Assembly: GCA_964016885.1 (NCBI GenBank)
Contig: OZ024753.1
Span: forward strand, 24,738,001 to 24,802,000
Origin: Eledone cirrhosa
Lineage: Eukaryota
DNA: 64,000 nt
Direction of reading: 5' to 3'
The notes below the pieces were generated by a model that saw nothing but the letters and a program-made list of their open reading frames with translations, made no database searches and was not told the origin of the DNA. Positions 1-11,862 of this stretch are shown here, one piece after another. Both the position numbers and the translations under genes were made by a program. How positions within the stretch are numbered: position 1 is the stretch's first letter; each line of letters opens with the position of its first letter.

Positions 1-84
1 GTTTCAACAGCTAGTTCTGAATTTGCTGCTGAAACGGCAAGAGCTCAACCATCGGGCTCCTGACTCTTTCATAAATATATTTAT

Positions 85-358
85 ATAATGTGATGTGTTG
101 TTTCCTTGAGCAAGACACTTTATTTCACATTGCTCCAGTTTACTCAGCTGTAGAAATGGGATGATAGGACTAGGGTCCCTATCATTCCACTGCAAAGTGG
201 TCATGGAGGTGCCACGGCAAAAAAGCACCCAGCACTCACTGTAAATGAGGTTGGTGATATGAAGGGCATCCAGCTGTAGAAATCAAGCCAGACTCAGTTC
301 CCGTCCCACCCTTGCAAGCAGGGAAAAGCGGACATAAAATGATGATGATGATGATGAT
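85..358 (+). mobile_element. 5'-truncated SINE (CORE-like body, RTE-derived tail, (GAT)n end)
   Basis: Body matches the SINE at 49929-50325 (tttccttgagcaagacactttatttcacattgctccag). It ends in cccacccttgcaagcagggaaaagcggac...(gat)n, like the RTE at 49080-49141. Confidence 0.75.
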
Positions 359-443
359 GTGTGTATGTATATAATATATTTGTATGTGTGTGAATAATGT
401 ATATAGTGTGTGTGTGAGTATATATCATGATAAAAAGTGGCCA

Positions 444-965
444 CACTGTAAAGTGGTCATGTAGGTGACACAACAAAAAGTACCCAGTACACACTGTAAA
501 GTGGTCATGTAGGTGTCACAACAAAAAGCACCCAGTCCACACTGTAAAATGCTCATGTACGTGTCACAACAAAAAGCTATTTCAGTCCACACTGTAAAGT
601 GCTCGTGTAGGTGTCACAACAAAAAGCACTCCCTCCCACTGTAAAGTGGTCGTGTAGGTGTCACAACAAAAAGCACCCAGTCCACACTGTAAAGTGGTCA
701 TGTAGGTGTCACAACAAAAAGTACCCAGTACACACTGTAAAGTGGTCATGTAGGTGTCACAACAAAAAGCACCCCCTCTCACTGTAAAGTGGTCATGTAG
801 GTGTCACAACAAAAAGCACCCACTCCCACTGTAAAGTGGTCGTGTAGGTGTCACAACAAAAAGCACCCCCTCCCACTGTAAAGTGGTCATGTAGGCGTCA
901 CAACAAAAGGTACCCAGTAGACACTGTAAAGTGCTCATGTAGGTGTCACAACAAAAAGAACCTGT
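444..965 (+). repeat. 48-bp minisatellite (~11 units) derived from the RTE/SINE 3'UTR unit
   Basis: Unit cactgtaaagtggtcatgtaggtgtcacaacaaaaagcacccagtcca has period 48 (444, 492...). A similar unit occurs 2-3 times in RTE 3'UTRs (1680-1780, 60975-61075). Confidence 0.9.
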
Positions 966-1119
966 AAAATAGTTGGTATTAGGAAGGGCATCCAGCTATA
1001 AAAACCAAGCCAAAATCTGTTCTATGTGAGCAAAACACAGTCCTCCAGCTTGGATCTCTCACAACGGGACAGCACATCCTACCCATGATGGCATGGAAAA
1101 TGGATGTTAAATATGCCTC

Positions 1120-1940
1120 CAGCGGAGGTGGGTGTTCAGAAAGTACAATAACTAGGGTAAGAATGGGATGGAAGAAGTTCAGGGAGCTACTGCCACTGCT
1201 AGCTGCAAAAGGTTTTTCCCCCAAAATGAAAAGCAGACTGTATGATGCATGTATACGAACAGCAATATTACATGGTAGTGAGACCTGGACGCTGTCTGTG
1301 GAAGACTTGCATAGATTAGAAAGAAATGAAGCCTGCATGCTCCGATGGATGTGTAACAGTAATATACGCGAACGGCAATGCATAAATGAATTGAGAGAGA
1401 GACTGAGCATAAGAGGAATCAAATGCTGTGTGCAGGAGAGGCGGTTGCGTTGGTATGGACATGTGATGCATATGAAGGATGACAGCTGCATAAAAAGGTT
1501 CAGAGCACTAGAAGTCAATGGAAACCGCGAATGAGGTGATAAAAGCCCACCTTACCCAATTACACCTCTCAAAGGTGGTGACACACGACCGTGACCTCTG
1601 GCGTCACGCAGTAATACAGAACACCCGACCCCCACAGGAACAGGCCGAAGCATATAGACAATATGCCCCCACACCCTCCCACTGCAAAGTGGTCGTGGAG
1701 GTGCCACAGCAAAAAAGCACCCAGCCCACACTGTAAAGTGGACGTGTAGGTGCCACGAGAAAAAGCACCCAGCACTCATTGTGAATGAGGTTGGTGTTAG
1801 GAAGGGCATCCAGCTGTAGAAATCAAGCCAGGATCAGTTCCTGTATGAGCAAGACAAGGTCAGCTGCCCACAACAGGACAACCCATCTAACCCATGCTAG
1901 CATGGAAGAACGGACGTAAAACAATGGTGATGATGATGAT
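1120..1940 (+). mobile_element. RTE LINE family A, 3' fragment with 3'UTR
   Basis: ORF 1085-1534 reads GWKKFRELLPLL...LHGSETW...RRLRWYGHVM. Near-identical to 60390-61245, with a small deletion near 1530 and a (GAT)n tail. Confidence 0.9.
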
Positions 1941-3082
1941 ATACATATTTATATATTATGTACATACACACACATACATCATCACTTTATATCTGCCTTC
2001 AAAGCTGGCATGGGTTGGAAGTGTTGTCAGAATCCAAAGTGACCTCATCTTGCTCATAATTCCATATTTAGTATGATTTCTATGACTGGATGCCTTCCCT
2101 AACACTAACCACCCTACAAGGTTTAAAGGTTACACTGCATTGAGGCACCAGCACTATCACTTTACAGGGTGTACTGGGTGCATTGATCATAGCAACACCA
2201 CTAGTGACGGTTTTCATGTGAGGAGGTGTCTGTACTTTATATTGTCTTTGATCACCAACCACATTACAGAGTGTACTGTTTCCATTCTATCATGGCAACA
2301 ATGTTGTCTTGGTGGGTACAGTCAGCACTTTATGGGGTCAGGGAGTTAGTGTTCTATTATAGTTGAGGTAGTCTTGTCTAGTTAAGGGCCCTCTCCACTC
2401 CATGCAGTCTGTTGTCATATTCACATTTAATCTGTGTTTGTAGTTGTGTGCAGCTGTAGTATGGCAAATGTTTTACCCAGTGTGTTTCAATATTTCAGGG
2501 CTAATCCCCTCTTTTCAAATGTAAAAGAAAACATTACTTTGTTTTGCTTTATTTGTCATCCTTTATATATTTCTACCACATTCTACCGACTTTCTGAAAC
2601 TTAGTCATGAATTACATATCTCACAATGTTTCATATTAACTATTTTAGTTCACCCCAATGGTGAAGCTGATTATCTGAAAACTTATGTTATTATTAAAAG
2701 ATCTTTGTTGTACTCTTAACCAAATCACTTTCTTCTTCAACATCATCACAATTATACATCCATTTTTCCATGCAAGCATGGGTTGTCCTGTTGTGAGACA
2801 AGTCAAATCAGATGATTGTGTCTTGCTCATACTGAACAGATTTTGGCTAGGTTTCTACAGCTGGATGCTGGACAGAAATAGCCGTCAAAACGGCTTGAGC
2901 TCTGCCGTCGGGGTCATACATTTTCCTATTACCCACTCTACTACCCTAAGTATTGAGTACTCTGGTGCATTATATTATGGTCCATCTGGTTCTTTACCAC
3001 AACTCCTTCGTTCTCTATATATATATACATGGAAAAATAAGAAATATGAGAACAGGCCGTTACAACATGTTTATTTAAAATA

Positions 3083-3124
3083 GCACCTACGTACGTTTCA
3101 CCCGGATGGGCTTCTCAAGGGCAT
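3083..3124 (-). ncRNA. Minimal type I hammerhead ribozyme motif (U3-A8 variant)
   Basis: Minus strand reads ccc TTGAGAA GCCC atcc GGGT GAAAC gtac GTA ggtgc, with palindromic stem III ACGTACGT. Confidence 0.65.
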
Positions 3125-3986
3125 AAATAACTAAAAAGTGTTCCTTACATGGCCCGGAAAGTGTTTTTGGAGATAAGTTCACGTCAGAGTTCATTCTTCG
3201 CAAAAAAGCGTGTTTTGATTTTGCAGTAGGTCAAGGGAGGTAAGTCTGGCCGGTGTTAGGGTAGTCTTTCCTGGACAAATTTTTTATCCGGTACAAGATG
3301 TGGTTACAACCTTACCATTGTCAATACGCACAGGGTCAGGTATGCAACGTTTGTTTTGAGACGTGTGTTTTCTGCACCTGTCCGCCTGGGTCATTTGAAG
3401 CCAGGTCTGGGATGCATGGTTAGTTTCCGGATGTTTTTAGCAGCGCCTGCACGCCGGGGTGTTAAAGCTTGTCGCAGGGATCTTTGCCTCATGGAGCTCT
3501 ACCACATCATAACGGCACCCCGCGAGCTCATCAACAGCAGAGCTGAAATCACGATAAGCTGTACACATCGCTTAAAAATATCCTTCTTCAGATGGGATAA
3601 GGACGAGGAGTGAAACCGTATACCGGGTCTCTCTGCGACAAGCTTTAACACCCCGGCGTGCAGGCGCTGCAAAAAACATCCGGAAACTAACCATGCATCC
3701 CAGACCCGGCTTCAAATGACCCAGGCGGACAGATGCAGCAAACAAACATCTCAAAACAAACGTTGCATACCTGACCCTGTGCGTATCGACAATGGTAAGG
3801 TTGTAACCACATCTTGTAATGGATAAAAAATTTGTCCGGGAAAGACTACCTTAACACCGGCCAGAGTTACCTCCCTTGACCTACTGTAAAATCAAAACAT
3901 GCTTTTTTGCGAAGAATAAACTCTGACGTGAACTTATCTCCAAAAACACTTTCCGGGCCATGTAAGGAACACTTTTTAGTTATTTA

Positions 3987-4027
3987 TGCCCTTGAGAAGC
4001 CCATCCGGGTGAAACATACGTAGGTGC
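3987..4027 (+). ncRNA. Minimal type I hammerhead ribozyme motif (U3-A8 variant)
   Basis: ccc TTGAGAA GCCC atcc GGGT GAAAC atac GTA ggtgc. Confidence 0.6.
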
Positions 4028-4304
4028 TGTTTTAAATAAACATGTTGTAACGGTCTGTTCTCATATTTCTTATTTTTCCACGTGCTTACGCTCTGCTAAT
4101 TCGCTCGCCGACTAGATATTATCACTTCTAATATTTAACACTGCTGGCACTAGTGTTGAGCACCCTTGGCATACACTATTTGGCAAATAACTACATGTAT
4201 CACCTATCCCTCCTTTTCTCTCTCTCGATACGTAAATACTCTATATATATATATATATATATATGAGAGTATTGAAGTTTGCTTGAAGCATTGTGGAATA
4301 ATAA

Positions 4305-7241
4305 GGTAAATTTCTTTAAGTCGTTTGGAAGCCTCGACAATGCAGATGGGTAAATCTCCGGGTAACAAGATCCGGTGGTGGAGAGAGAGATGTAAGTGGG
4401 TGTACGTTGAGATGCGTGGCGTGTATAAGATTGTAACGTGTAGAGGAATGAAGGAATGAACGAACAGACAGACCAGAACCACGTGGAAAACAACAACTTA
4501 ACAACCGCCACCGCCGCATCCACCAACACCGAGCCACACCTCAACGATGCGACGCACCTGGTCACCGACCTAACCGGCACTCTCATGAGTGACGAGCTGA
4601 AACTCCTACACCTCGGACCCAAGTTCATCGTCTCACAACGACTCAACGACAGACTCAAACTCAACATCGAGGCCAACTTTTGTCGATCCGCTTACCAACT
4701 TAAATGGGTGACTGCCATCAACAGTGCCACAGAAAATAACAGCGCCCACGCAACCTACCCCAAGTTCCCCACTTACCACCCCGACAACCCACTCCACCCC
4801 CCACCCACCAACCACGAACTCGACACTAAACTCATCAGGCTAAAACACTCCATCTCGGATATACTTCACAAACACACACACACACACGCACAACACACAA
4901 CCTCACCAAATCTCAACTCACCACTCTCTCCAACATAAAATCGAAGAACCTATCTACCTCCCCTCCGACAAGGGAAAAGAATTCTGCGCCATCAGCAGAG
5001 AGGCCTACAACACCCTGGCCCTCCAACACCTTGACGATGACAACCTCTACTCCAAGGTCACGGGAATCACTCCCGTGCATATAGAAGAGCACATCAACAC
5101 TGCCTGGACCAACATCTGCGACCGGCGGAAGCTCCCGAAGAAGCTGAGATACAACCACCTCACGAGGAACAGCAGACTACCCGCCTTCTACCACCTCGTG
5201 AAAACACACAAACAGATGGACCCGACCTGAAGATCAGGCCCATTGTATCGAGCGTGGAAGGACCACTCTACAAAATTTCATGGCTCCTAGCCAGAATACT
5301 CAAACCCATCTTAGACACCTTGCCGGGACACGTTAACAGCTCCGAGGAGGTGTTGAAGCGCCTGCATCAAATGGATCCCGACACCAGAAAGAATAACAGA
5401 TATGCCTTCAGCCTTGATGTAGTCGCTCTCTACACCTCGGTCCCGGCACTCCCGGCTGTCAATATACTGATGGAACACATCCAATCCACCGACCTACACT
5501 GCTTCGGGCTCACCACCACTGACATCCACCAACTCCTATCCATCGTCGTCAACAACACCTACTTCGGATTCCTTGACCAAACATACCAACAAACCTCGGG
5601 ACTGCCCATGGGATCAAGCCTGTCGAGTGTGCTAGCGATCTCTTACATGGACAGCCTCGAGCGCAAGGCACTCAACGCCTGCCACCCCAACGCCGTCACC
5701 TTTTTCTCAAGGTACGTGGACGATATCCTCAACCTCACATCTTCCCAAGACATGGCGAACAGAATCTATGAGACGTTCAACAACACGGACGAGAAGATTG
5801 ACTTCAGTGTTGAACACCCCAACGATGACAGGTCACTTGCCCTCCTCGACTTCCGAATCTACATCACGGAACAGGGAGGAATCCACTGCAACTTCTACCG
5901 AAAGGCAGCCTGCAGGGACCTGTTCGTCCACTACAAGTCCGCCCTCCCTAACAGTGCCAAAAAAGGATACATCACGAACGAGATCGCACGAATCAAAAGC
6001 AGATGCAGTGATCCCGCGAGTGGTGTCACTCATACCAAGCGATTCCTAGAGGTGCTTGAGACGAACGGGTACCCTACCTCGCTCACAGACAGAGTAGGAG
6101 ACACCAGACACAAGAGACAGAGAGGCACCCAAGGCAAGTGCTTCCTTAAAATGCCACACCTGGGCGAGAATACCACCAACGCTATCCGCAAGGCTGTACG
6201 GAGGGAGGGCTTCGACATCCACCTGGCCCACGCGGGCCCCTCCCTGCAAAGATGCCTCTCCAGGAAACCCGGGAAATCAACTGACGCGTGCTCCCTCAGA
6301 AACTGCCCGATGCGCCATGCGAACTGTTGCCTACGCACATACGTCATGTATAAGATAGAATGTAACAAGTGCAACCAATACTACATAGGTAGCACAATCC
6401 GGCCGTTGCACATCCGGATCAAGGAACACACTAAAACCAGGGCCTCGTCTTTCCGGAAACACATAGCCAAATGCGAGAACAAAGACGGAAGGACCATTGT
6501 CACAATTCTAGCGACAGAAAGAAACGTTGGCACGTTACGTATCAAGGAAGCACTTTGGATCAAACGCCTAGGGCCACAATTAAATAACCGATCCGAGAGA
6601 AGCGAAATGAGGTGTTTGGTTTAAGTTAACAAACGATGCAGCAACACACGCACACACACACACAAGCGAGACAGCAACACACACACACACACAGTAGCAT
6701 TCTACCATACGAACATACTACACTGCCAATACAGAGGAACAAGGCAACAACACACGCACACACACACACAGTAACATTCACCAAACAGGCAGAGAATGGA
6801 CTGACAGCTAGCGCCACCCCACTCCCACAATTGAAAGAACTACTTCGGCCGCTGTCCTCTGCCTGACCGCCCCCATTTCACGCGCACGCGCGCTCTGCTG
6901 AATACCTGATATTCAAAACAATAAACAGCGGAGGATACGTTTCGCACCTTTCCGACAGACAACCTCCCCCCCCCCCCCGGAAAAAAACCCCAGTTGATGG
7001 ATGTGAATCCGAAATACATAGGGACAATTAAATCTCTCCCAATGTAACTCTTTCCCGTGTTGTTATTTTTATTTTTATCCTTTACGCTCGTTCCTTCATT
7101 CCTCTACATGTTACAATCTTATACACGCCATGCATCTCAACGTACACCCACTTACATCTCTCTCTCCACCACCGGATCTTGTTACCCGGAGATTTACCCA
7201 CCTGAATTGTCGAGGCTTCCAAACGACTTAAAGAAATTTAC
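4305..7241 (+). mobile_element. Near-full-length Penelope-like retroelement (Penelope/Poseidon-type) with inverted 5' copy of its 3' end
   Basis: 4305-4455 is the reverse complement of 7091-7241. The coding region 4456-6624 has frameshifts near 4885, 4950 and 5215 (PSDKGKEF; PAFYHLVKTHK; LKIRPIVSS). Flanked by (TA)n. Confidence 0.92.
5254..6624 (+). CDS. PLE reverse transcriptase plus C-terminal GIY-YIG endonuclease (open 3' part of a frameshifted ORF)
   Basis: RT motifs SLDVVALYTSVP, YQQTSGLPMGSSLS and RYVDDI; Cys linker CSLRNCP; GIY-YIG VMYKIECNKCNQYYIGSTIRPLHIRIKEH. Confidence 0.92.
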   Translation: MEGPLYKISWLLARILKPILDTLPGHVNSSEEVLKRLHQMDPDTRKNNRYAFSLDVVALYTSVPALPAVNILMEHIQSTDLHCFGLTTTDIHQLLSIVVNNTYFGFLDQTYQQTSGLPMGSSLSSVLAISYMDSLERKALNACHPNAVTFFSRYVDDILNLTSSQDMANRIYETFNNTDEKIDFSVEHPNDDRSLALLDFRIYITEQGGIHCNFYRKAACRDLFVHYKSALPNSAKKGYITNEIARIKSRCSDPASGVTHTKRFLEVLETNGYPTSLTDRVGDTRHKRQRGTQGKCFLKMPHLGENTTNAIRKAVRREGFDIHLAHAGPSLQRCLSRKPGKSTDACSLRNCPMRHANCCLRTYVMYKIECNKCNQYYIGSTIRPLHIRIKEHTKTRASSFRKHIAKCENKDGRTIVTILATERNVGTLRIKEALWIKRLGPQLNNRSERSEMRCLV

Positions 7242-7499
7242 GATATATATATATATATATATTTATGCACACACAGATCAAACCTTGAGCTGATCAGTGG
7301 CGAATCGCACGTCACCAACCAGTAAACGTAATGAAGGAGTAACCACTCGTCCTTGTTTTATTTTATAATACACTCTGTCTAGTTCTACACCTCGACACTG
7401 AAGTGAACCTAAACATTGAGTGGTCACCCGGGTGAACCTACAGTAACTCCACGTTACACTCCCTGAATATATATATATATATATATGTGTGTTTGTGTG

Positions 7500-7857
7500 T
7501 GTGACACAGCAAAAAGCACCCAACCGACACTATAAAGTGGTCGTGTAGGTGTCACCAAAATGCACCTAATACTCACTGTAAATGAGGTTGTCATTAGGAA
7601 GGGCATCCAGCTGTAGAAACCAAGCTAGAATCAGTTCTGTATGAGCAAGATATGGTCACCTGACCTAACATTGCCCACAACAGGACAACTCGTCTAAATG
7701 AGGTTGTCATTAGGAAGGGCATCCAGCTGTAGAAACCAAGCTAGAATCAGTTCTGTATGAGCAAAATATGGTCACCTGACCTAACATTGCCCACAACAGG
7801 ACAACTCGTCTAACCCATGCTAGCGTGGAAGAATGGATGTAAAACGGTGATGATGAT
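7500..7857 (+). mobile_element. SINE/RTE-A tail fragment with internal ~116-bp tandem duplication
   Basis: taaatgaggttgtcattaggaaggg...caggacaactcgtc occurs at 7579 and again at 7695. Ends acccatgctagcgtggaagaatggatgtaaaacggtgatgatg. Confidence 0.75.
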
Positions 7858-7883
7858 ATATATACACACACACAATATATATA

Positions 7884-8030
7884 TCATCATCATCATCATA
7901 TGTCCGCTTTTCCCTGCTTGCAAGGGTGGGAAGGGTCCTATTCAGCACAGCATCTCTCCACTTGTCACGGTCCTTCGTCATCTCCACCATGAGCTTCCAT
8001 GGTCTGAGGTCTGCTCTCCCCACCTCCACC
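7884..8030 (-). mobile_element. RTE family B extreme 3' fragment
   Basis: Encodes VEMTKDRDKWRDAVLNRT followed by a (GAT)n tail; matches 48990-49141. Confidence 0.8.
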
Positions 8031-8266
8031 TAGTCAGGACCCCAACAGTTGAATTCTTGCTGTTTCGACAGCTTGATCCGAACTGTGTATATATATATAT
8101 ATATATATCATCATCATCATATATATATATATATATATGTGTAGGAGATGAGTTTTATTGTAGCACAATAAAGCAATGCAAATATCGAATAAGTAGCACT
8201 CTACAGTTTGTAGGACTGGAGTATGAATAATATAAGATCAAAAGATGGTTAAAAGAGTTCCAAGTA

Positions 8267-8333
8267 TTTTATTATGCGCATTTCAAAAACAAATATCATC
8301 CTGGGATGATATCTGCGTTTTCATCAGATAAAA
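8267..8333 (-). ncRNA. Type I hammerhead ribozyme with extended stem II
   Basis: TTTTAT CTGATGA [AAACGCAGATATCATCC CA GGATGATATTTGTTTTT] GAAA TGCGCA TA ATAAAA. Intact core, 6-bp stem I and palindromic stem III ATGCGCAT. Confidence 0.8.
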
Positions 8334-8767
8334 ACACTTGTGAATAGTGAAGTTTTAAATCAACATATGAAAAATAATTTAAGATTGATGTATGAGATTG
8401 GGAAAAAGTGAGGGGGGGGTTTGAAAAGGTAAGGAAGAGGAGATGAGAGTAAAGAATGGTGGGGGAGAAATATATGAAGGAAGGATGAGAGAGGAGGAGA
8501 GATGGGTGATAGAGAGAGAGATAACCTTTACAACTGAGAAAAAATATATCTCTCTCCCTCTATCACCCATCTCTCCTCCTCTCTCATCCTTCCTTCTTAT
8601 ACTCCTCCCCACCATTCTTTACTCTCATCTCCTCCTTTTCCTTACCTTTTCCACCCCACCCCCTCACTTTTTCCCAATTTCATACATCAATCTTAAATTA
8701 TTTTTCATGTTGATTTAAAACTTTACTATTCACAAGTGTTTTTTAAGCTTCATATCATGTATCCCTA

Positions 8768-8834
8768 TTTTATCTGATGAAAACGCAGATATCATCCCAG
8801 GATGATATTTGTTTTTGAAATGCGCCTAATAAAA
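8768..8834 (+). ncRNA. Second copy of the hammerhead, with an A>C change in stem III
   Basis: Same motif, but reads GAAATGCGCCTA (C at 8826). Confidence 0.65.
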
Positions 8835-8978
8835 TACTTGGAACTCTTTTAACCATCTTTTGATCTTATATTATATATATATATATATATATGCAAAAGT
8901 TCTATTTAAATTGTTGGGATACAACAAGCAAATATTTTTATAACTGATATAAAGCACTCGACAAGTATTTGGAGTAAA

Positions 8979-9354
8979 TATACGATATTAATAAATGGAA
9001 ACTATATTTATAAAACCATATTTATTTCATTATACATATTGCAAAGATACCATGTAAAATTATGGTATGCCTTCATCAGACAAAATACAATATATACCAG
9101 TTTTATAAATAAACATTGACGTACCCTTTCAAAATGCGACCGTTAATTTGGAAGACATCAGGACTATCCTGATGTCTTCCAAAAGTAACGGTCGCATTTT
9201 GAAAGGGTACGTCAATGTTTATTTATAAAACTGGTATATATTGTATTTTGTCTGATGAAGGCATACCATAATTTGACATGGTATCTTTGCAATATGTATA
9301 ATGAAATAAATATGGTTTTATAAATATAGTTTCCATTTATTAATATTGTATATA
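8979..9354. mobile_element. ~370-bp near-perfect palindrome with degenerate hammerhead motifs
   Basis: Arms meet at gacatcagga-cta-tcctgatgtc (loop 9164-9166). 9246-9306 reads ttttgt CTGATGA aggcataccat..atggtatcttt GCAA tatgta TA atgaaa. Confidence 0.8.
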
Positions 9355-9368
9355 TATATATATATATA

Positions 9369-9541
9369 CAGTAAAATTCCGTTATAACAAATTCACGAGG
9401 TATAAAAAAATTTGTTGTCACGAAAAATTCTTTATAACGAGATCGACCTAACATGTCAACTATGAGGCCGGGGATTAAAAAGAATTTTGTTATACTGAAA
9501 AATGTGTTATATTGGTATTCGTTATACGGGAATTTTACCTG
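9369..9541. mobile_element. Tigger/pogo-like MITE
   Basis: TIRs cagtaaaattccgttataac / gttatacgggaattttacctg, TA on both sides. Confidence 0.7.
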
Positions 9542-9580
9542 TATATATTTGTGTGTGTATATATATAGAGATATATAGAT

Positions 9581-9963
9581 ATGAGGCAAGCATGCTCTGT
9601 TGGATGTGCAATGTCAATGTGCGTGACAACCCAGCATGGATGTGTTGAGAGAGAAACTGTGTCTGGAGAAGGATAGAATGTAGTGTGCGAGAGAGGAGAC
9701 TGCAGTGGTATGGACATGTGATGCGCATGGAGGATGACTGATGGATGAAGAAGTGCCAGGAAATGCCAGTTGAAGGAAGACGTGGTAGAGGTAGACCACA
9801 AAAAACATGGGCGGAGGTGGTGAGAACAGACCTCAGATCGCTGAAGGTCATGGTGGAGATGACGAAGGACCGTGACAAGTAGAGAGATGCTGTGCTGAAT
9901 AGGACCCGTCCCATCCTTGCAAGCAGGGAAAAGTGGACGTAAAATGATGATGATGATGATGAT
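9581..9963 (+). mobile_element. RTE family B 3' fragment
   Basis: Matches 48750-49141, with a (GAT)n tail. Confidence 0.85.
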
Positions 9964-10139
9964 ATATATACACATACATACATAGTTATACTTTGGGAGT
10001 GTCATGCTGCCAATAAAAACATATGCACCTGTTGGTTTTCACTTCAATTTATTATAAATTTCCAGTTGGTTGGTATAATTACTGGAAGGTTGATCTATTG
10101 TCAAAGCTCTTTCATCACACCAATTAATAATAATTATAA

Positions 10140-10302
10140 GCACAGAGCCAGGAATTTTGCAAGAGGGTTTAGTTGATTATGTTGACCTTGGAAGGATGAA
10201 AAGCAGTGTTGACCTCAACTGGATTTGAACTCTGGACATATAAAACAGAACAAATACTACAAGTCATTTTGCCTGATGCTCTACTGATTTTACCACTCCA
10301 CC
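10140..10302 (-). mobile_element. tRNA-derived SINE (Meta-domain-like body), decayed
   Basis: Plus strand gaaggatgaaaagcagtgttgacctcaactggatttgaactc is the reverse complement of the B box plus conserved body seen at 10898. Confidence 0.6.
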
Positions 10303-10546
10303 AAGGATGGCACGTGTCAGGAAATCTTAAAACATTTATATATTCACTAGCATAGTACCTGTGAAAATTGTCAGGATTTATAACAAATATAATATTTAAT
10401 TTAATATTTCCTTGATTACAACATTGTATGTAAAGATGATAGCCATCACAGTGGCTTAGTAGTAGGTATTAGAGATAGTGGAGATGCTGGTCTAGAGTTC
10501 AATCCTGGTCAGGAGTTACACATGGGATGTCTTACTAAATGTTATA

Positions 10547-10697
10547 GGCAGCGAATTGGCAGAGTTATTAGAACATCTGATAGAAGGCTTTGTGGTATTC
10601 ATTTCGGCTTTCTTCTCTCTGAATTCAAATCCCGCCGAGATCAACTTTACTTTTGATCCATTTAAAATCAATAGAAAAGTACCAGCCTAGTACTATG
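10547..10697 (+). mobile_element. tRNA-derived SINE, decayed
   Basis: tggcagagtt...gaattcaaatcccgccgagatcaactttac...agtaccag. Confidence 0.6.
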
Positions 10698-10897
10698 TTT
10701 GATTCTTCCTCTATATCTCTTACTAACTTCCTCTCTCCCACTCTTACAGTTTCGGTCTATTAAATTCCAATCACAAGGTCAACCTGAGACAAGGTGCCAT
10801 GTAGTGGGACTGAAGTGGAAACCACATGGTTATGAAGTAAACTCTAACAATATAACCAGCCTTCTGCCTAATTACTATTTTTATAACGTATTATTAA

Positions 10898-11085
10898 AGG
10901 GATTGGCAGTATTGGTAGAGGGTCGGACGCCATGCTTTGATGCATAGAGTTACGGCCCTTGCCATTCTGAGTTCAAATCCCGCCGAGGTTAACTTTGCCT
11001 TTCATCCTTATGGGGTCGATAAAATAAAGTACCAGTAATACACTGAGTAATTGCTGGCCTTGTTCCAAAAGTAGAAACAATTATT
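10898..11085 (+). mobile_element. tRNA-derived SINE (Meta-domain-like body)
   Basis: A box tggcagtattggtag, B box gagttcaaatcc, body aactttgcctttcatccttatggggtcgataaaataaagtaccag. Several copies in the window. Confidence 0.8.
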
Positions 11086-11862
11086 AAAGAAGAACACCCT
11101 CTTTGATTTCAGTGGGAAAACAATTTTTTCCTCCTTTTTCTGTGTGTGCTATCAATTAATATGACCTCCAAGATATTCACAATTGACTTTTTATCCAGGA
11201 AAACGGAGGGAGTGATAAACTACCAGTCAAGAACAAGGGGTTGATTTAATCATCTTTCTCTTTCATCCAAAATTACTGGCCATGTGCTTATCTAGAAACT
11301 ATTATTATTGCAAATACTTTTCTTAACTCTGTGAATCGGTAACTGTAATCAAATTCCCTTCAGGACAAAAATTTATTTTGGTAAGAAACATGACTAAAAT
11401 ACATTGCCAATAATTTGAATGATATTCTCACTCCACCTTACAAACATTTATCATAGCATATAGAGAGGCTATTAATACTTTGTAGGAAATTATAGAAAAT
11501 ATATATTATACTGAAGGATCTACATTCTCTAACAACATTTTTCTGCAGACACTATTGAATATATTCATGCAATGGCCATTAGTGTATTTTCTTTTCTATT
11601 ATTTTAGGGAGAAAATATTTTTAGATTTGTTTTATATTAGAAAAGTCACCTGAAAAACCAGCTCTTTCTATAAATCTAATTCCTTCTTCACAGATGGTTT
11701 TATTTCTTCTGTTTTTGGACATAATTAGCAAAGTTGGGAGAGAATAAATGTCTTTTCTAAAACCAATCACAATGTTACCCATGGTCACTACACCCCACCC
11801 TTCACGAAGTAAGAGCCCAACCCTAGATCTACCTCTCCAATCCCCATGCATCTCCTCCACCC

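Larger units (their letters stand above)
3027..4232 (+). mobile_element. Truncated Penelope-like element with inverted terminal duplication (arms 3027-3480 / 3632-4083)
   Basis: The ~450-bp arms are reverse complements. The spacer encodes LCLMELYHIITAPRELINSRAEITISCTHRLK, the endonuclease C-terminus also seen at 34610-34720. Flanked by (TA)n. Confidence 0.85.
8226..8875. mobile_element. ~650-bp foldback element carrying a hammerhead motif in each arm
   Basis: Arms ~8226-8523 and ~8548-8875 are reverse complements, with a purine-rich/pyrimidine-rich inner part and TA-rich flanks. Confidence 0.85.

Noticed and set aside
4456-6624. Programmed frameshifting or selenocysteine readthrough in the PLE
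   Set aside because: The breaks are three small indels (one at a CA microsatellite), not in-frame TGA codons; decay or sequencing error is simpler.
6989-7025. Hammerhead in the 4305-7241 PLE (ttgat ggatgtgaatcc gaaatac)
   Set aside because: The position is right, but the core is incomplete and stems I/III are unclear; at most a decayed remnant.
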